A stretch of 64,000 nt of DNA from Polymorphobacter sp. (GCA_025362435.1 JANYGL010000046.1:41881-105880); one strand, 5' to 3'. Counted from the first letter of the stretch, positions 20,309-30,498 are shown. A program made the numbers and translations. Notes: generated by a model from the letters alone, not told the origin.

Positions 20309-21757
20309 TCACCTAAACGGCGGCTCGTCGAACGCCCGCAACTTCCGCGAATGCAACCGATCCCCCGCCGCGCGCAACCGGTCGATCGCCGCGATCCCAA
20401 TCTGGAGGTGCTCTGAAATCGCGCCTTCATAGAAGCGGTTAGCCTGCCCCGGCAGCTTGATCTCGCCGTGCAAAGGCTTGTCCGACACGCACAGCAACGT
20501 CCCGTACGGCACGCGGAAGCGATACCCCTGCGCCGCGATCGTCGCCGACTCCATGTCGACCGCGACCGCACGCGACTGGTTGAAGCGCAGTGCCGAGCGG
20601 CTGAAGCGCAGCTCCCAGTTTCGGTCGTCGGTCGTCACCACCGTACCCGTCCGCAGCCGCGGCTTGACCGTCTCGCCGGCCAGCCCGGTGATCGCCTGCG
20701 TCGCCTCCTGGAGCGCCTGCTGGACCTCGGCGATCGGCGGGATCGGGATTTCGGGGGGCAGGACGTCGTCGAGGACATGGTCGTCGCGCAGATAGGCGTG
20801 GGCAAGGACATAGTCGCCGATCGCCTGGCTCGGGCGCAGGCCGCCGCAATGGCCGATCATCAGCCATGCCTCGGGGCGTAGCACGGCAAGATGGTCGGTG
20901 ATCGTCTTGGCGTTCGCCGGGCCGACGCCGATGTTGACGAGGCTGATCCCCGCGCGGCCCGGCGCGGTCAGGTGATACGCCGGCATCTGGTGTCGCCGCC
21001 ACGCGCCGTCGGCGATAGCGCGCGCCGGGTCGGGATCGTCGCGCCCGATAACGGTGCCGCCGCTGCACGACAGCGTCGTGTAGATCGTGTCGCCCTGCAG
21101 CTGGCGGCACGCCCACTGAACGAATTCATCGACATAGCGATGGTAATTGGTCAGCAGGACATATTGCTGCACGTCGGCCGCCGGGGTCCCGGTGTAGTGC
21201 TTGAGGCGGGCGAGGCTGAAGTCGGTTCGCGGCGCGTCGAACAGCGCCAGCGGGCGGGTCGGATTGAGCGACAGGTCCCACAGCCCGTCGGGCAGCTCGT
21301 CGCCGATATGCGTCAGCTCGGTCGTCGGGAAGAAGCGCGCAAGGTCGGACGCGGCGACGGTGTCGAGGCGCAGGTCGTCGGCTCCGTCGAGGACATAGGG
21401 ATAGGGGATTTCGACCGTCGAGCGCACGACCTCGACCTCGACCCCGAAGTCGGCGGTGAGCAGGTCGAGCTGCTCGATGAGGTAGTCGCGGTACAGCTCG
21501 GGGTGGGTCACCGTCGTCGCATAGTCGCCGGGCACGGTGACGCGGGCATAGGCGCGGATCAGCCGAGGGGCGCCGCCGCCGTGGTAGCGCAGCTTGAGTT
21601 CAGGGTAGGCAAACGCCCCCGCCGCGCGCGCCGCCGGGTCGGGCGGGACGCCGTCACGAAGATACGCCCCCAATGCGGCGCGTAGCGCGGCGACCGAGGT
21701 CGCGTGGATTGCGGTGAGGGCATCGACGATCTGGGATGAAGTCATTGCCTGCGGCAT
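20309..21757 (-). CDS. amn: AMP nucleosidase
   Basis: Start at MPQAMTSSQ (ATG 21757, alternative 21745; the track ORF runs to 21892). N-terminal regulatory domain plus a PNP/UDP-type catalytic domain (MIGHCGGLR, VDMESATIAAQG). Confidence 0.85.
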   Translation of the reverse strand: MPQAMTSSQIVDALTAIHATSVAALRAALGAYLRDGVPPDPAARAAGAFAYPELKLRYHGGGAPRLIRAYARVTVPGDYATTVTHPELYRDYLIEQLDLLTADFGVEVEVVRSTVEIPYPYVLDGADDLRLDTVAASDLARFFPTTELTHIGDELPDGLWDLSLNPTRPLALFDAPRTDFSLARLKHYTGTPAADVQQYVLLTNYHRYVDEFVQWACRQLQGDTIYTTLSCSGGTVIGRDDPDPARAIADGAWRRHQMPAYHLTAPGRAGISLVNIGVGPANAKTITDHLAVLRPEAWLMIGHCGGLRPSQAIGDYVLAHAYLRDDHVLDDVLPPEIPIPPIAEVQQALQEATQAITGLAGETVKPRLRTGTVVTTDDRNWELRFSRSALRFNQSRAVAVDMESATIAAQGYRFRVPYGTLLCVSDKPLHGEIKLPGQANRFYEGAISEHLQIGIAAIDRLRAAGDRLHSRKLRAFDEPPFR

Positions 21758-21818
21758 GCCCGATAATTGGCGGGCGGTCGACCGTCTGCTACGGCAGCGC
21801 TCCCCACGGAGCCTTTCC

Positions 21819-22964
21819 ATGCAGTTCGACCTGACCGACGACCAGCGCGAAATCCAAGAGGTCGCGCGCCGCTTCACCGCGAGCGAGATCACGCCAAACG
21901 CTGCGCATTGGGACGAACATCACGTCTTCCCGATCGACACGATCCGCGCCGCCGGGGCGCTCGGCTTCGGCGCGATCTACGTCTCGGAGGCGAGCGGCGG
22001 CATCGGCCTCGGGCGGATCGAGGCGGCGCTGATCATGGAGGCGATGGCGTACGGCTGCCCGTCGACGAGCGCGTTCATCTCGATTCACAACATGGCGTCG
22101 TGGATGATCGACAGCTTCGGCGCGACCGAATTGAAGGTGCGCTACCTGCCTGCGCTGGTGGCGATGGACAAGATCGCCAGCTATTGCCTGACCGAGCCGG
22201 GATCGGGCTCCGACGCCGCCGCGCTGCGGACCCGCGCCGTCCGCGACGGCGACGATTACATCGTGACGGGAAGCAAGGCGTTCATCTCCGGGGGCGGGGT
22301 TAACGACGTCTATGTGACGATGGTCCGCACCGGGGTCGACGGCCCCAAGGGCATCTCGTGCCTCGTCATCGACAAGGACATGCCGGGAGTCAGCTTCGGT
22401 GCCCCCGAACGCAAGCTGGGGTGGCACAGCCAACCGACGGCGCAGGTCAACTTCGACGCGGTGCGCGTGCCGGTGGCGAACCGCGTCGGCGAGGAGGGGC
22501 AGGGTTTCGCCATCGCCATGACCGGGCTCGACGGCGGGCGGCTCAACATCGGCGCGTGCTCGCTCGGCGGGGCGCAGCGGGCGTTGGATGAGGCGGTCAC
22601 CTACACCCGGGGACGGTCGCAGTTCGGCAAGGCGATCGCCGATTTCCAGGCGACCCAGTTCAAGCTCGCCGACATGGAGACCGAACTGCAGGCGGCGCGG
22701 GTGCTGCTCTACGCCGCCGCTGCGCGGGTGCAGGACAACGCCCCCGACAAGACGCGCTTCGCGGCGATGGCGAAGCGGCTGGCGACCGACACCGGCATGG
22801 CAGTGGTCGATCGCGCGCTCCAGCTCCACGGCGGCTACGGCTATCTGATGGATTACCCGGTCGAGCGCCTGTTCCGCGACCTCCGCGTCCATCAGATCCT
22901 CGAAGGCACCAACGAGATCATGCGCGTTGTGATCAGCCGCGAGTTGCTGCGGGCGAGCAATTGA
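21819..22964 (+). CDS. acyl-CoA dehydrogenase family protein (short/branched-chain type)
   Basis: Start at MQFDLTDDQREIQ (ATG 21819). ACAD pattern CLTEPGSGSDAA..FISGG and C-terminal QILEGTNEIMRVVISR. Confidence 0.9.
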   Translation: MQFDLTDDQREIQEVARRFTASEITPNAAHWDEHHVFPIDTIRAAGALGFGAIYVSEASGGIGLGRIEAALIMEAMAYGCPSTSAFISIHNMASWMIDSFGATELKVRYLPALVAMDKIASYCLTEPGSGSDAAALRTRAVRDGDDYIVTGSKAFISGGGVNDVYVTMVRTGVDGPKGISCLVIDKDMPGVSFGAPERKLGWHSQPTAQVNFDAVRVPVANRVGEEGQGFAIAMTGLDGGRLNIGACSLGGAQRALDEAVTYTRGRSQFGKAIADFQATQFKLADMETELQAARVLLYAAAARVQDNAPDKTRFAAMAKRLATDTGMAVVDRALQLHGGYGYLMDYPVERLFRDLRVHQILEGTNEIMRVVISRELLRASN

Positions 22965-23323
22965 CCGCGCGCTACCTGCCCTCGGTCGCCGCGTTGAGCG
23001 CGTGCCTGTCGATCGGGGTCGGCGCGGCGGCGGTCCACGGCGTCACCGACGTGCAGGCGCGCGGCTGGCTCCAGACCGGGGTGGCGTTCCAGCTGCCCCA
23101 CGCGATCGCGGTGTTCGCGTTGCTCGGCTGGCGCGACACGGCGGCGGTGCGCGGCGGGGCATGGGGGTTGCTGATCGGCAGCCTGATCTTCGCCGCGACG
23201 CTCGACGGCCTCGCGCTCGGTGCCCCGCGCTGGTTCGGCGCGATCACCCCGATCGGCGGGTCGGCGATGCTCCTCGGCTGGCTGTGGCTCGCGCTCGCGC
23301 CGTTCGTGCCGGCCCGGCACTAA
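22961..23323 (+). CDS. DUF423 (YgdD/TMEM256-like) membrane protein
   Basis: 120-aa ORF. TTG start overlaps the ACAD stop. Four TM helices with ..AAVHGV.. and ..Q..HA.A.. patterns typical of DUF423. Confidence 0.65.
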   Translation: MTARYLPSVAALSACLSIGVGAAAVHGVTDVQARGWLQTGVAFQLPHAIAVFALLGWRDTAAVRGGAWGLLIGSLIFAATLDGLALGAPRWFGAITPIGGSAMLLGWLWLALAPFVPARH

Positions 23324-23346
23324 GCTTGTAGGAAATAGGTCGCGCG

Positions 23347-23372
23347 CTTATCATGATAAGGTAGATGATAAG
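23347..23372. promoter_or_regulatory. putative operator of the RHH gene: three TGATAAG half-sites
   Basis: Perfect 14-bp palindrome CTTATCATGATAAG (23347-23360), then a further GATGATAAGG. ATGATAAGG recurs with an 11-bp period (23353 and 23364). The last copy overlaps the AAGGAG ribosome-binding site 10 nt before ATG 23382. Confidence 0.45.
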
Positions 23373-23381
23373 GAGCGACCG

Positions 23382-23738
23382 ATGGCCGCCACTGCCCGCG
23401 TCACCGTCCTGTTCGACCCGGTCGAAAAGGCCGCGCTCCAGTCGCATGCCTTAGCCGCGCGGATCAGCACGGGTGAATATATCAAACGCGCGGTGACGGC
23501 GTACGAAGCTTATGAAGAATCGGAGCTGACCCCGGAGGCGCTAGGTCAGTTGGAGATTTATGCCGACCTGCTCCAATCGGCGACGCGGACGATGAACGCG
23601 CAACTCGACGCGACGATCGCCCGGATCGACTACTCGCTCGATCCGGCGCGCGAAGACAAAATCCGTGCGCGAGTGACGCGCGAGATTGCCGAGATGGACC
23701 TCGATGGCGTCGCCGACCTGTTTCGGGCGCGCGCTTGA
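23382..23738 (+). CDS. ribbon-helix-helix (CopG/Arc-like) DNA-binding protein with C-terminal extension
   Basis: 118 aa from ATG 23382 (the track ORF starts at 23220). The N-terminus RVTVLFDPVEKAALQSHALAARISTGEYIKRAV fits the beta-alpha-alpha RHH pattern. Visibly lower GC3 than the neighbours. Confidence 0.6.
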   Translation: MAATARVTVLFDPVEKAALQSHALAARISTGEYIKRAVTAYEAYEESELTPEALGQLEIYADLLQSATRTMNAQLDATIARIDYSLDPAREDKIRARVTREIAEMDLDGVADLFRARA

Positions 23739-23941
23739 GCTTTATCGACAATATCCTGAGCGGTACGCGCAACCTCCTGTTGCTACAGTATAAGGTCGAC
23801 CAGCTCACGGCGGATTACGCAAAGCTCGACGCACGGAATGACAACCTGACCGAGCGTGTTATCCGGCTCGAGGTCATTATTTCCGAGGCGCAGCGGGCCG
23901 CGCAACGCCCGCCCGCCTTGCCGCCGCCGCCGAAGGCCTAG
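23735..23941 (+). CDS. small coiled-coil protein with proline-rich tail, unknown function
   Basis: 68-aa ORF. TTG start overlaps the RHH stop (TTGA), with no internal Met. Heptad-like LLLLQYKVDQLTADYAKLDARNDNLTERVIRLEVIISEAQ, then PPALPPPPKA. Low GC3. Confidence 0.4.
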   Translation: MSFIDNILSGTRNLLLLQYKVDQLTADYAKLDARNDNLTERVIRLEVIISEAQRAAQRPPALPPPPKA

Positions 23942-24714
23942 TTCCGGAAACTCGGGTCGAGGCGGTCCATCTTCCGCAGCAGCGCCGGCCACGCAAGCCG
24001 GTCGGCGACAAAGTCCAAACCGTTCTTGCCCTGCCCCGCGGTCTTCTCGGGCGACCCCTGCGGCGGGTGGTAGAGGTTGGCGACTCCGCCCGACAGCGCC
24101 ATGATCTGCGCCTCGCAGGCACGCTCGAGGAAATACATCTTGATGAAGCACTGGCCGACGGTCTGGCCGACCGCCAGCGTGCCGTGGTTGCGCAGGATCA
24201 TCGCGCTCTTGGTGCCGAGGTCGTCGACGAGGCGCTCACGCTCCTCGAGGTCGAGCGCGACGCCCTCGAACTCGTGATAGGCGACCTCGTCGCGGATCAG
24301 CATCGCGGTCTGCGTGAGTGGCATGAGTCCTTCCGCCTGCGCCGCGACCGCCTGCCCCGCCGGGGTGTGGAGATGCATCACCGCGAAGGCATCCTCGCGC
24401 GCCATATGCAGCGCCGAATGGATGGTGAAACCGGCGGCGTTGGTGATGTACGGGGTCGGCATCACCGGCTGGCCCGCGACGTCGATCTTGACGAGGCTCG
24501 ACGCGGTGATCTCCTCGAACATCAACTGGTACGGGTTGATCAGGAAGTGGTGTTCGGGACCGGGGACGCGCGCCGACAGATGGGTGAAGATCAGGTCGTC
24601 CCAGCCGTAATGCGCAACAAGACGGTAGGCGGCGGCGAGGTCGACGCGGATCGCCCACTCCTCGGGGGTAACCTGGTCCTTTACGTTGTCGACGGTCTTG
24701 AAGGCGGTAGCCAC
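23938..24714 (-). CDS. class II aldolase/adducin family protein
   Basis: Start chosen at GTG 24714 (GGGAGA 6 nt upstream; the track ORF runs to 24795). Family pattern WDDLIFTHLSARVPG, VMHLHTPAG, ILRNHG. Confidence 0.8.
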   Translation of the reverse strand: MATAFKTVDNVKDQVTPEEWAIRVDLAAAYRLVAHYGWDDLIFTHLSARVPGPEHHFLINPYQLMFEEITASSLVKIDVAGQPVMPTPYITNAAGFTIHSALHMAREDAFAVMHLHTPAGQAVAAQAEGLMPLTQTAMLIRDEVAYHEFEGVALDLEERERLVDDLGTKSAMILRNHGTLAVGQTVGQCFIKMYFLERACEAQIMALSGGVANLYHPPQGSPEKTAGQGKNGLDFVADRLAWPALLRKMDRLDPSFRN

Positions 24715-24748
24715 GGCGACTCTCCCAATTTTTGCCAGTGTGCTCCGG

Positions 24749-25633
24749 TCAGACCTTGTCGGCAAGCGGATGGCGCGTGTTGACCAGTTCGACAAGCTTC
24801 GCGCTCTGGACGTGGGTGTAGATCTGCGTCGTCGCGATATCGGCGTGGCCGAGCAGCGTCTGCAACGTCCGCAGGTCGGCCCCGCCCTCGAGCAGGTGCG
24901 TCGCGAAGGCGTGGCGAAGGACGTGCGGGCTGATCCGATCGGGCGGAATACCGGCGTCCGCGGCGAGGTCTTTGACCAGCTGGAACAGGCGGACGCGCGA
25001 CAGGTGCTTGGCGCCGCTGGGGAACAGGTAGCACTCGGTAGCTCCGACCACGGCGGCGTGGGCAGCTACCGCGGCGAGCGCGCGCTGGCCGATCGGCACG
25101 AGGCGTTCCTTGCCGCCCTTGCCGGTCAGGATGGCGAAGCCCCGCCCCGGCTGGACCGCGTGGCGCGGCAGGCTGACGAGCTCGGTCGCGCGCAAGCCGG
25201 AGCCATAGAGCAACTCGACCAGCGCGGTCAGGCGGAGGTTCGCGAGTGTCGGCGCGCGGTCGGCGAGCGCGGCGAACAGTCGCTCGACGTCGCCTGCCCC
25301 GAGCGACTTCGGCAGCGGGCGTGCGCGGGCGGTCTTCGGTAACCCGGCGGCGGGATCGTCGGCGCGCAGTCCCTCGGTGATCAGGAAGGCAAAGAACCCG
25401 CGCAATGCCGACGACTTGCGCTGGAGCGAGGCGCGGGCGAGGTCACGCCACTCGTGCGCCAGCCGCGCCAGATCGTCGGGGGTCGCCGCCGCCAGCCGCC
25501 CGCCGAGCAGGGTGCTCGCGCCGTCGAGATCGCGGCGGTAGGCAAGGATGGTGTTCTTGGCCGACCCGCGCTCGGCGGTGCACATGTCGAGAAACAAGGC
25601 GATCGCGCGGGCGTCTGTCAGCGCTCCCGTCAC
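24749..25633 (-). CDS. xerD: site-specific tyrosine recombinase XerD
   Basis: 294-aa ORF. N-terminal SAM-like domain ([10 protein letters not shown]). Catalytic residues in [21 protein letters not shown] and [15 protein letters not shown]. Confidence 0.85.
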   Translation of the reverse strand: MTGALTDARAIALFLDMCTAERGSAKNTILAYRRDLDGASTLLGGRLAAATPDDLARLAHEWRDLARASLQRKSSALRGFFAFLITEGLRADDPAAGLPKTARARPLPKSLGAGDVERLFAALADRAPTLANLRLTALVELLYGSGLRATELVSLPRHAVQPGRGFAILTGKGGKERLVPIGQRALAAVAAHAAVVGATECYLFPSGAKHLSRVRLFQLVKDLAADAGIPPDRISPHVLRHAFATHLLEGGADLRTLQTLLGHADIATTQIYTHVQSAKLVELVNTRHPLADKV

Positions 25634-27429
25634 CCCCGCGTGACGGCTTCGGCGGCGAGCATCCGCGCCTCGTGGTTCCAGCCGACCGCAACATAGGCAG
25701 CGATGATATGCGCGAAATATGCCGGCGACACCGCCGCCCAGCGCACCTGCAGCCCGGTTGCGGCGAGGACCGCGACCTCGCCTGTACGATGCGCCGCCGC
25801 CGCCGCGTCGATCGCGCTGCTCCAGCTGTTAGCCACCGCCAGCCCGGCATCGCTACGCGCGGCGCTCCAGTCGTTGCCGCGTGCATGGCCGAGCCCGTCG
25901 AGCGCTGCGAGCAGGAGCGCGGCGCGATGTGGCGAGACGTCCTTGGCATAGGCGGAAAAGCGGCTGGGTGACACCGCGATACCGCCGTTGGCCCCGACCG
26001 CAAGCAACGCCCAAGCGCTCCGGCTCGCAGCGTCGTCGCCGCCCTGCACGACCGGCCACCACCGCGCCGCATGGTCCTCGATCCCCGCCGACAACATCGA
26101 TGCGATCAACTCGGGCGCGTCGGCGGCGACTGCGTTGTCGACCGGCAGCCGGGCAGCGGCCAGAGCGGTTTCGACATGCGCGGCATAACGGTCGGGCTCG
26201 TCGGTCCCGCTCGCCCAGATCGTCCGCATCGCGGCGACGCGTTCGACCGTCGTCGGCGCGGCATAGGCCGCGCGCAGCGTTCCCGCCGGGGAGGCATCGA
26301 GCGCGCTGCGGTCGAGATCGGCGCTTGCCGCGCTGATCGCGCTGACCATGTCGTCGACCGATGCGATGCCGATCGCTACCGCCGGGCGAAGTGCGGCGGC
26401 GCGGACGCCAGCGGCCTGCCCGGGCGCGCGAAGCACCCAGCCCCAGCTCGTGCCGCCGGTCGCTTCGGCGAGCTTGACCAGCAGCGGCAGCGGTACGGCG
26501 ACGCCAGCAGCGGTCGCGACCCCGAAGCGGTACGGCGTCAACCGGTCGACCGCGTCCCATTCGACATTCGCCGCGCGACCGCCGCCGGCACCGCTGATCG
26601 TCGCGATGCGCTCGCCGAGCATGATGTCGAAGGGGTCGACCTGATTGCCGTCGCGCAGGCCGTCGAACCCGCTCGCCGCGGTGATGTCGTCGCCCGCCAT
26701 CGCCGCGCACATCGCCTCGCTGAGCTTCCACAGCGGGTCGGACGAGACCGCGCCGCCGGTGTCGGCGAGCGGGCATAGCCCGGGGAGGTCGGCGGCGGCG
26801 AGATGGACCTGGCCTTCGACGCGGACCAGCCGCGGCGTCACCCGGTCGATCGGCAGATTGTCGATCAGCGCCTTGGCGCCGTCGATTTCGCCCATTTCGA
26901 GCAGGGTCCGAGCACGTTCGGCGACCCAGTCGCCCGCATTGATCCCGACCGGAGCCGGAGCCTCCGACAGCAAGGCGCGGCGCAGGACGATATGCGCCCA
27001 GCGTGCCGCGACGGGGGTCCGCAGGCGCCGTAGAAGGCCGGCGACGAAGCGCCCGTCGGAGCTGGCGAAGATGCTTGGTCCGTAGCCGCCCGCGTCGGGG
27101 GTCAAGGGGCCAACACTGCCGAGCGGAGGCCCGCTCGGCTCTGCGGCGGCAGCAGCCGTTGCCGCAGCGGCATCGGCGGGCGCTGCGGCGTCGGGTGTCG
27201 CACTCACGTCGGGAGCGGCAGGCAAGGCCAGCGGCGCGGGCTCGACAACGGGTGCTGCGGGCGCGGCACCGAAGCTGTCGGGCAGCAGCGACTTCGGCGC
27301 GGTTGCCGGCGCCGCCGGGATTACAGGGGCCGCCGGAGCTTCAGGCGCAGGCGCGACTTGACCGGCCGACGGACCCGCCGCGAACGCCGCGATCAGCAGC
27401 AGCGCGAGAGGACGGCGATCAGTGGCCAA
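25630..27429 (-). CDS. exported Ala/Pro-rich protein of unknown function
   Basis: 599-aa ORF, TTG start. Signal peptide [23 protein letters not shown], then a low-complexity [15 protein letters not shown] linker. The stop overlaps the xerD GTG start (GTGA). Confidence 0.65.
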   Translation of the reverse strand: MATDRRPLALLLIAAFAAGPSAGQVAPAPEAPAAPVIPAAPATAPKSLLPDSFGAAPAAPVVEPAPLALPAAPDVSATPDAAAPADAAAATAAAAAEPSGPPLGSVGPLTPDAGGYGPSIFASSDGRFVAGLLRRLRTPVAARWAHIVLRRALLSEAPAPVGINAGDWVAERARTLLEMGEIDGAKALIDNLPIDRVTPRLVRVEGQVHLAAADLPGLCPLADTGGAVSSDPLWKLSEAMCAAMAGDDITAASGFDGLRDGNQVDPFDIMLGERIATISGAGGGRAANVEWDAVDRLTPYRFGVATAAGVAVPLPLLVKLAEATGGTSWGWVLRAPGQAAGVRAAALRPAVAIGIASVDDMVSAISAASADLDRSALDASPAGTLRAAYAAPTTVERVAAMRTIWASGTDEPDRYAAHVETALAAARLPVDNAVAADAPELIASMLSAGIEDHAARWWPVVQGGDDAASRSAWALLAVGANGGIAVSPSRFSAYAKDVSPHRAALLLAALDGLGHARGNDWSAARSDAGLAVANSWSSAIDAAAAAHRTGEVAVLAATGLQVRWAAVSPAYFAHIIAAYVAVGWNHEARMLAAEAVTRG

Positions 27430-27556
27430 GGCGGTCGTTCGGGATGACGCGCTCGACGTGGTGCGTCGGCGCTGGAACGTTGGCGGTCATCAGATAGACC
27501 ACGCCGGCAACGACGATGACCAGCAGCGCAACGAAGACCCACAACAAAAACCGCAT
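27419..27556 (-). CDS. 45-aa single-pass membrane protein (below the ORF-track size cut-off)
   Basis: Hand translation of the minus strand gives [48 protein letters not shown] start, one clear TM helix, strongly G/C-biased third positions. The 3' end overlaps the TTG start of the 599-aa gene by 11 nt. Confidence 0.35.
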   Translation of the reverse strand: MRFLLWVFVALLVIVVAGVVYLMTANVPAPTHHVERVIPNDRLGH

Positions 27557-27628
27557 GTCGTTCTATTCCCGATACCAATGTCGCGGGGCTTTGCCCGTCT
27601 TCGGCGCAGTGTATAGCGTAAGCTTGTC

Positions 27629-28240
27629 ATGGAGTGCGACGCAAAAAACCCGGCCGAGACGGCCCCCCCGCCGCGGCCCGTCGCGGCAGCGTCGACAAAC
27701 ACGCCGCGTACCGCGCCGGCACCGTCGGTGGCGCGGACGATCGTCCTCGTCGGGTTGATGGGCGCGGGCAAGTCGACGATCGGGCGGCGGCTGGCGTCGC
27801 GGCTCGGGCTGCCGTTCGTCGATGCCGATACCGAGATCGAGCGCGCGTCGGGCCTGTCGATCGCCGAAATCTTCGAACGCTTCGGCGAGGCGCATTTCCG
27901 TGACGGTGAGCGCCGCGTCATCGCCCGGCTGATCGACGGCCCGGTCAAAGTCGTCGCCACCGGGGGCGGCGCGTTCGTCGCCGCCGACACCCGCGCGCTG
28001 ATCCTCGCCCGCGCGCTGGCGGTCTGGCTCGACGCCGACACCGCCACGCTTGCCGAGCGCGTGCGGCGGCGCAATACCCGGCCATTACTCCGCGACCGCG
28101 ACCCGGCCGAGGTCCTCAGCGAACTCGCCGCGATCCGCAACCCGCTCTACGCCGAGGCGCATATCCACATCAGCAGCAAGCCGACGCCGCACGACGCCAC
28201 CGTCCGCTCGATCCTTGCGGCACTGGCGGCGCATCGATGA
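27629..28240 (+). CDS. aroK: shikimate kinase
   Basis: 203-aa ORF with a ~35-aa N-terminal extension. Walker A GLMGAGKSTIGRRLA. The stop overlaps the aroB start. Confidence 0.85.
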   Translation: MECDAKNPAETAPPPRPVAAASTNTPRTAPAPSVARTIVLVGLMGAGKSTIGRRLASRLGLPFVDADTEIERASGLSIAEIFERFGEAHFRDGERRVIARLIDGPVKVVATGGGAFVAADTRALILARALAVWLDADTATLAERVRRRNTRPLLRDRDPAEVLSELAAIRNPLYAEAHIHISSKPTPHDATVRSILAALAAHR

Positions 28241-29334
28241 TCGTCCCGGTCGCGCTCGGCGAGCGAGCATACGACGTCCACATCGCCGCTGGCTTGCTCG
28301 GCCGCGCCGGGGAGATCGTCGCGCCGCTGACCGCGCGCAAGCAGATCGCGCTTGTCACCGACTCGACCGTAGCTCGCCTTCATCTTGAACCGCTGCGGAC
28401 AGCGCTCGAAGCAGCGGGGCTGACGATCGAGCCGATCATCCTCCCACCCGGCGAAGCGACAAAGAACTGGCGGACGCTCGAGACCGTCGTCGAAAGCCTC
28501 CTCGGCTTCGGCGTCGAACGCGGTGACGTCGTCGTCGCGCTTGGCGGCGGGGTTGTCGGCGACCTGACCGGATTCGCGTCTGCGATCCTCCGCCGCGGGT
28601 GCAAGTTCGTCCAGATCCCGACGACCTTGCTCGCGCAGGTCGACAGCTCGGTCGGCGGCAAGACCGCGATCAATGCCAAGGCGGGGAAGAACCTCGTTGG
28701 CGCGTTCCACCAACCCGCCGCGGTGCTGATCGACCCCGCCCTGCTCGACACGCTGCCGCCGCGTGAGTTGCGCGCGGGCTATGCCGAGGTGGTCAAGACC
28801 GCGCTGCTCGGTGACGCCGCGTTCTTCGACTGGTGCGATGCCAACGTCGCCGCGCTGCTCGCCGGCGATCCCGCCGCGCGGACCCATGCAATCGCCACGA
28901 GCGTCGCCGCAAAGGCCGCGATCGTCGCCGCCGACGAGCGCGAGACCGGTGACACCCGGGCTTTGCTCAACCTTGGCCACACCTTCGGCCACGCGCTCGA
29001 GGCGGAGGCGGGATTCTCCGACCGCCTGCTCCACGGCGAAGCGGTTGCGATCGGCTGCGCGCTGGCGTTCGCCTTTTCGGCCGAACGCGGTCTGTGCCCG
29101 GTGGACGCAGCAGTGAGGGTCACCGACCATCTCGCCCGCGCCGGGCTGCCGAACCACCCGCGCGGGATTGCCGCGACCGCCGCACCGCTGATGGCGCACA
29201 TGCTTCAGGACAAGAAGATGCGGAACGGCACCCTCGCGTTCGTCCTCGCGCATGGCATCGGCGACGCGTTCATCGCCCGCGACGTTCCGCTCGGCGAGGT
29301 CGAGGCGTTCCTCGACCGCATGCTCGCCGCCTGA
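28237..29334 (+). CDS. aroB: 3-dehydroquinate synthase
   Basis: 365-aa [23 protein letters not shown] and HTFGHALE motifs. Confidence 0.93.
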   Translation: MIVPVALGERAYDVHIAAGLLGRAGEIVAPLTARKQIALVTDSTVARLHLEPLRTALEAAGLTIEPIILPPGEATKNWRTLETVVESLLGFGVERGDVVVALGGGVVGDLTGFASAILRRGCKFVQIPTTLLAQVDSSVGGKTAINAKAGKNLVGAFHQPAAVLIDPALLDTLPPRELRAGYAEVVKTALLGDAAFFDWCDANVAALLAGDPAARTHAIATSVAAKAAIVAADERETGDTRALLNLGHTFGHALEAEAGFSDRLLHGEAVAIGCALAFAFSAERGLCPVDAAVRVTDHLARAGLPNHPRGIAATAAPLMAHMLQDKKMRNGTLAFVLAHGIGDAFIARDVPLGEVEAFLDRMLAA

Positions 29335-29483
29335 TGCCGAAGGGCGTCAAGAAAGCCGACCTGCCAACGAAGATCTGCGCCGCCTGCGCCCGCCCGTTTG
29401 CATGGCGCAAGAAGTGGGAGCGCGATTGGGAGAACGTCCGTTACTGTTCCGACGCGTGCCGGGCGAAGGGGGTCAGTTCGTGA
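29334..29483 (+). CDS. DUF2256 zinc-ribbon protein
   Basis: 49 aa from ATG 29334, which overlaps the aro[47 protein letters not shown] carries CxxC..CxxxC. Confidence 0.65.
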   Translation: MPKGVKKADLPTKICAACARPFAWRKKWERDWENVRYCSDACRAKGVSS

Positions 29484-30384
29484 AGCTTGCCACCGTCGCC
29501 GGCACCCACGCGAAGCCGTCCCCCTTGGCAGCGATCGTGCCGACCCCGGGATAGGGGAAGTGCGGCGCGAAGATCATCTCGTGACTCGCGGCGAGGCGGG
29601 TCAGTTCGGCGCGGCGGCTGGCCTTGCCGATCGCCTTGTCCGAATCGAAGCCCATCGACCAGTCGGGCTTGCTCAGCGACACGATCGTGCTGTGTGCGGT
29701 GTCGCCGATGTCGAGCAGGCGTGCCTTGCCCGACACTATTTCATAGGCGACGTGCCCCGGCGTGTGCCCCGCGACCGACATCGCGGTGATGCCGGGAACG
29801 ACCATCGTTCCCGGCGCGAAGGTCGCGATCTGCGGCGTGATCGCGGCGACCAGTTTGGCGGCGCCGGTGTTCGCCTGGAGGAAGGTCCATTCGGCCGCCG
29901 ACATCCGCACCTTGGCGTTCGGAAACGCCTGCGCGCCGTCGGGCGTGACCAGCCCGCCGACATGGTCCCCGTGGCTGTGGGTGATGAGCACGTCGGTGAC
30001 GTCGCCCGGCTTCACCCCGGCGGCGGCGAGGCTCGGCATCAGCTGGCTCGCCGGAACCCCGACGCCGGTATCGATCAGGACGACATGCCCCGGCAGCTTG
30101 ACCAGCAGCGCGTTGACCCCGACCCGAACCGTGTCGGTCGGCGCGCCCGCCGCCGCAAGCACTGCCGTTACCGCAGGCACGCCAGCATCGACGCCAAAGG
30201 TCCCGCCGTCGTTGGGAATAAGAAAGTCGGTATCGTGGAGCGCCGCGACTCGGACGGTGCCGACGGTCAGCCAACGCGCTTCGGGAGCCACCGCTTGCGG
30301 CATGGGCGCGGCGGCGAGCGGGACGGCAATGACCGCGGCGATCAGAGCGGCAAGTTTCAACACGGCCATCGGGTATATCCTCAA
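29473..30384 (-). CDS. exported MBL-fold metallo-hydrolase
   Basis: 303-aa ORF. Signal peptide. HxHxDH motif ([11 protein letters not shown]). Confidence 0.8.
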   Translation of the reverse strand: MRIYPMAVLKLAALIAAVIAVPLAAAPMPQAVAPEARWLTVGTVRVAALHDTDFLIPNDGGTFGVDAGVPAVTAVLAAAGAPTDTVRVGVNALLVKLPGHVVLIDTGVGVPASQLMPSLAAAGVKPGDVTDVLITHSHGDHVGGLVTPDGAQAFPNAKVRMSAAEWTFLQANTGAAKLVAAITPQIATFAPGTMVVPGITAMSVAGHTPGHVAYEIVSGKARLLDIGDTAHSTIVSLSKPDWSMGFDSDKAIGKASRRAELTRLAASHEMIFAPHFPYPGVGTIAAKGDGFAWVPATVASFTN

Positions 30385-30498
30385 GGCGAAATCGCCTGCC
30401 TGATAGCGTCCGGCGGCGGCGGGGCCAAGCCGGTTGCGGCATGTGCCGGCCAGCCGGTCGCCCTAAGCCGCTGGTCGAGAGCAGTGTGCGCGCGATGC

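Noticed and set aside
24749-25633. Tyrosine recombinase considered as an integrase marking a mobile element.
   Set aside because: The sequence pattern and the context next to aroK-aroB fit the housekeeping dimer-resolution recombinase XerD. There is no adjacent tRNA, att-like repeat or phage/ICE gene.
27422-27616. 64-aa plus-strand ORF (and a 61-aa minus ORF at 27393-27578) in the aroK upstream spacer.
   Set aside because: Both give charged, Arg/Asp-rich translations without structure. The 45-codon minus-strand ORF in another frame (27419-27556) gives a clean TM helix and proper GC3 bias, so I prefer it.
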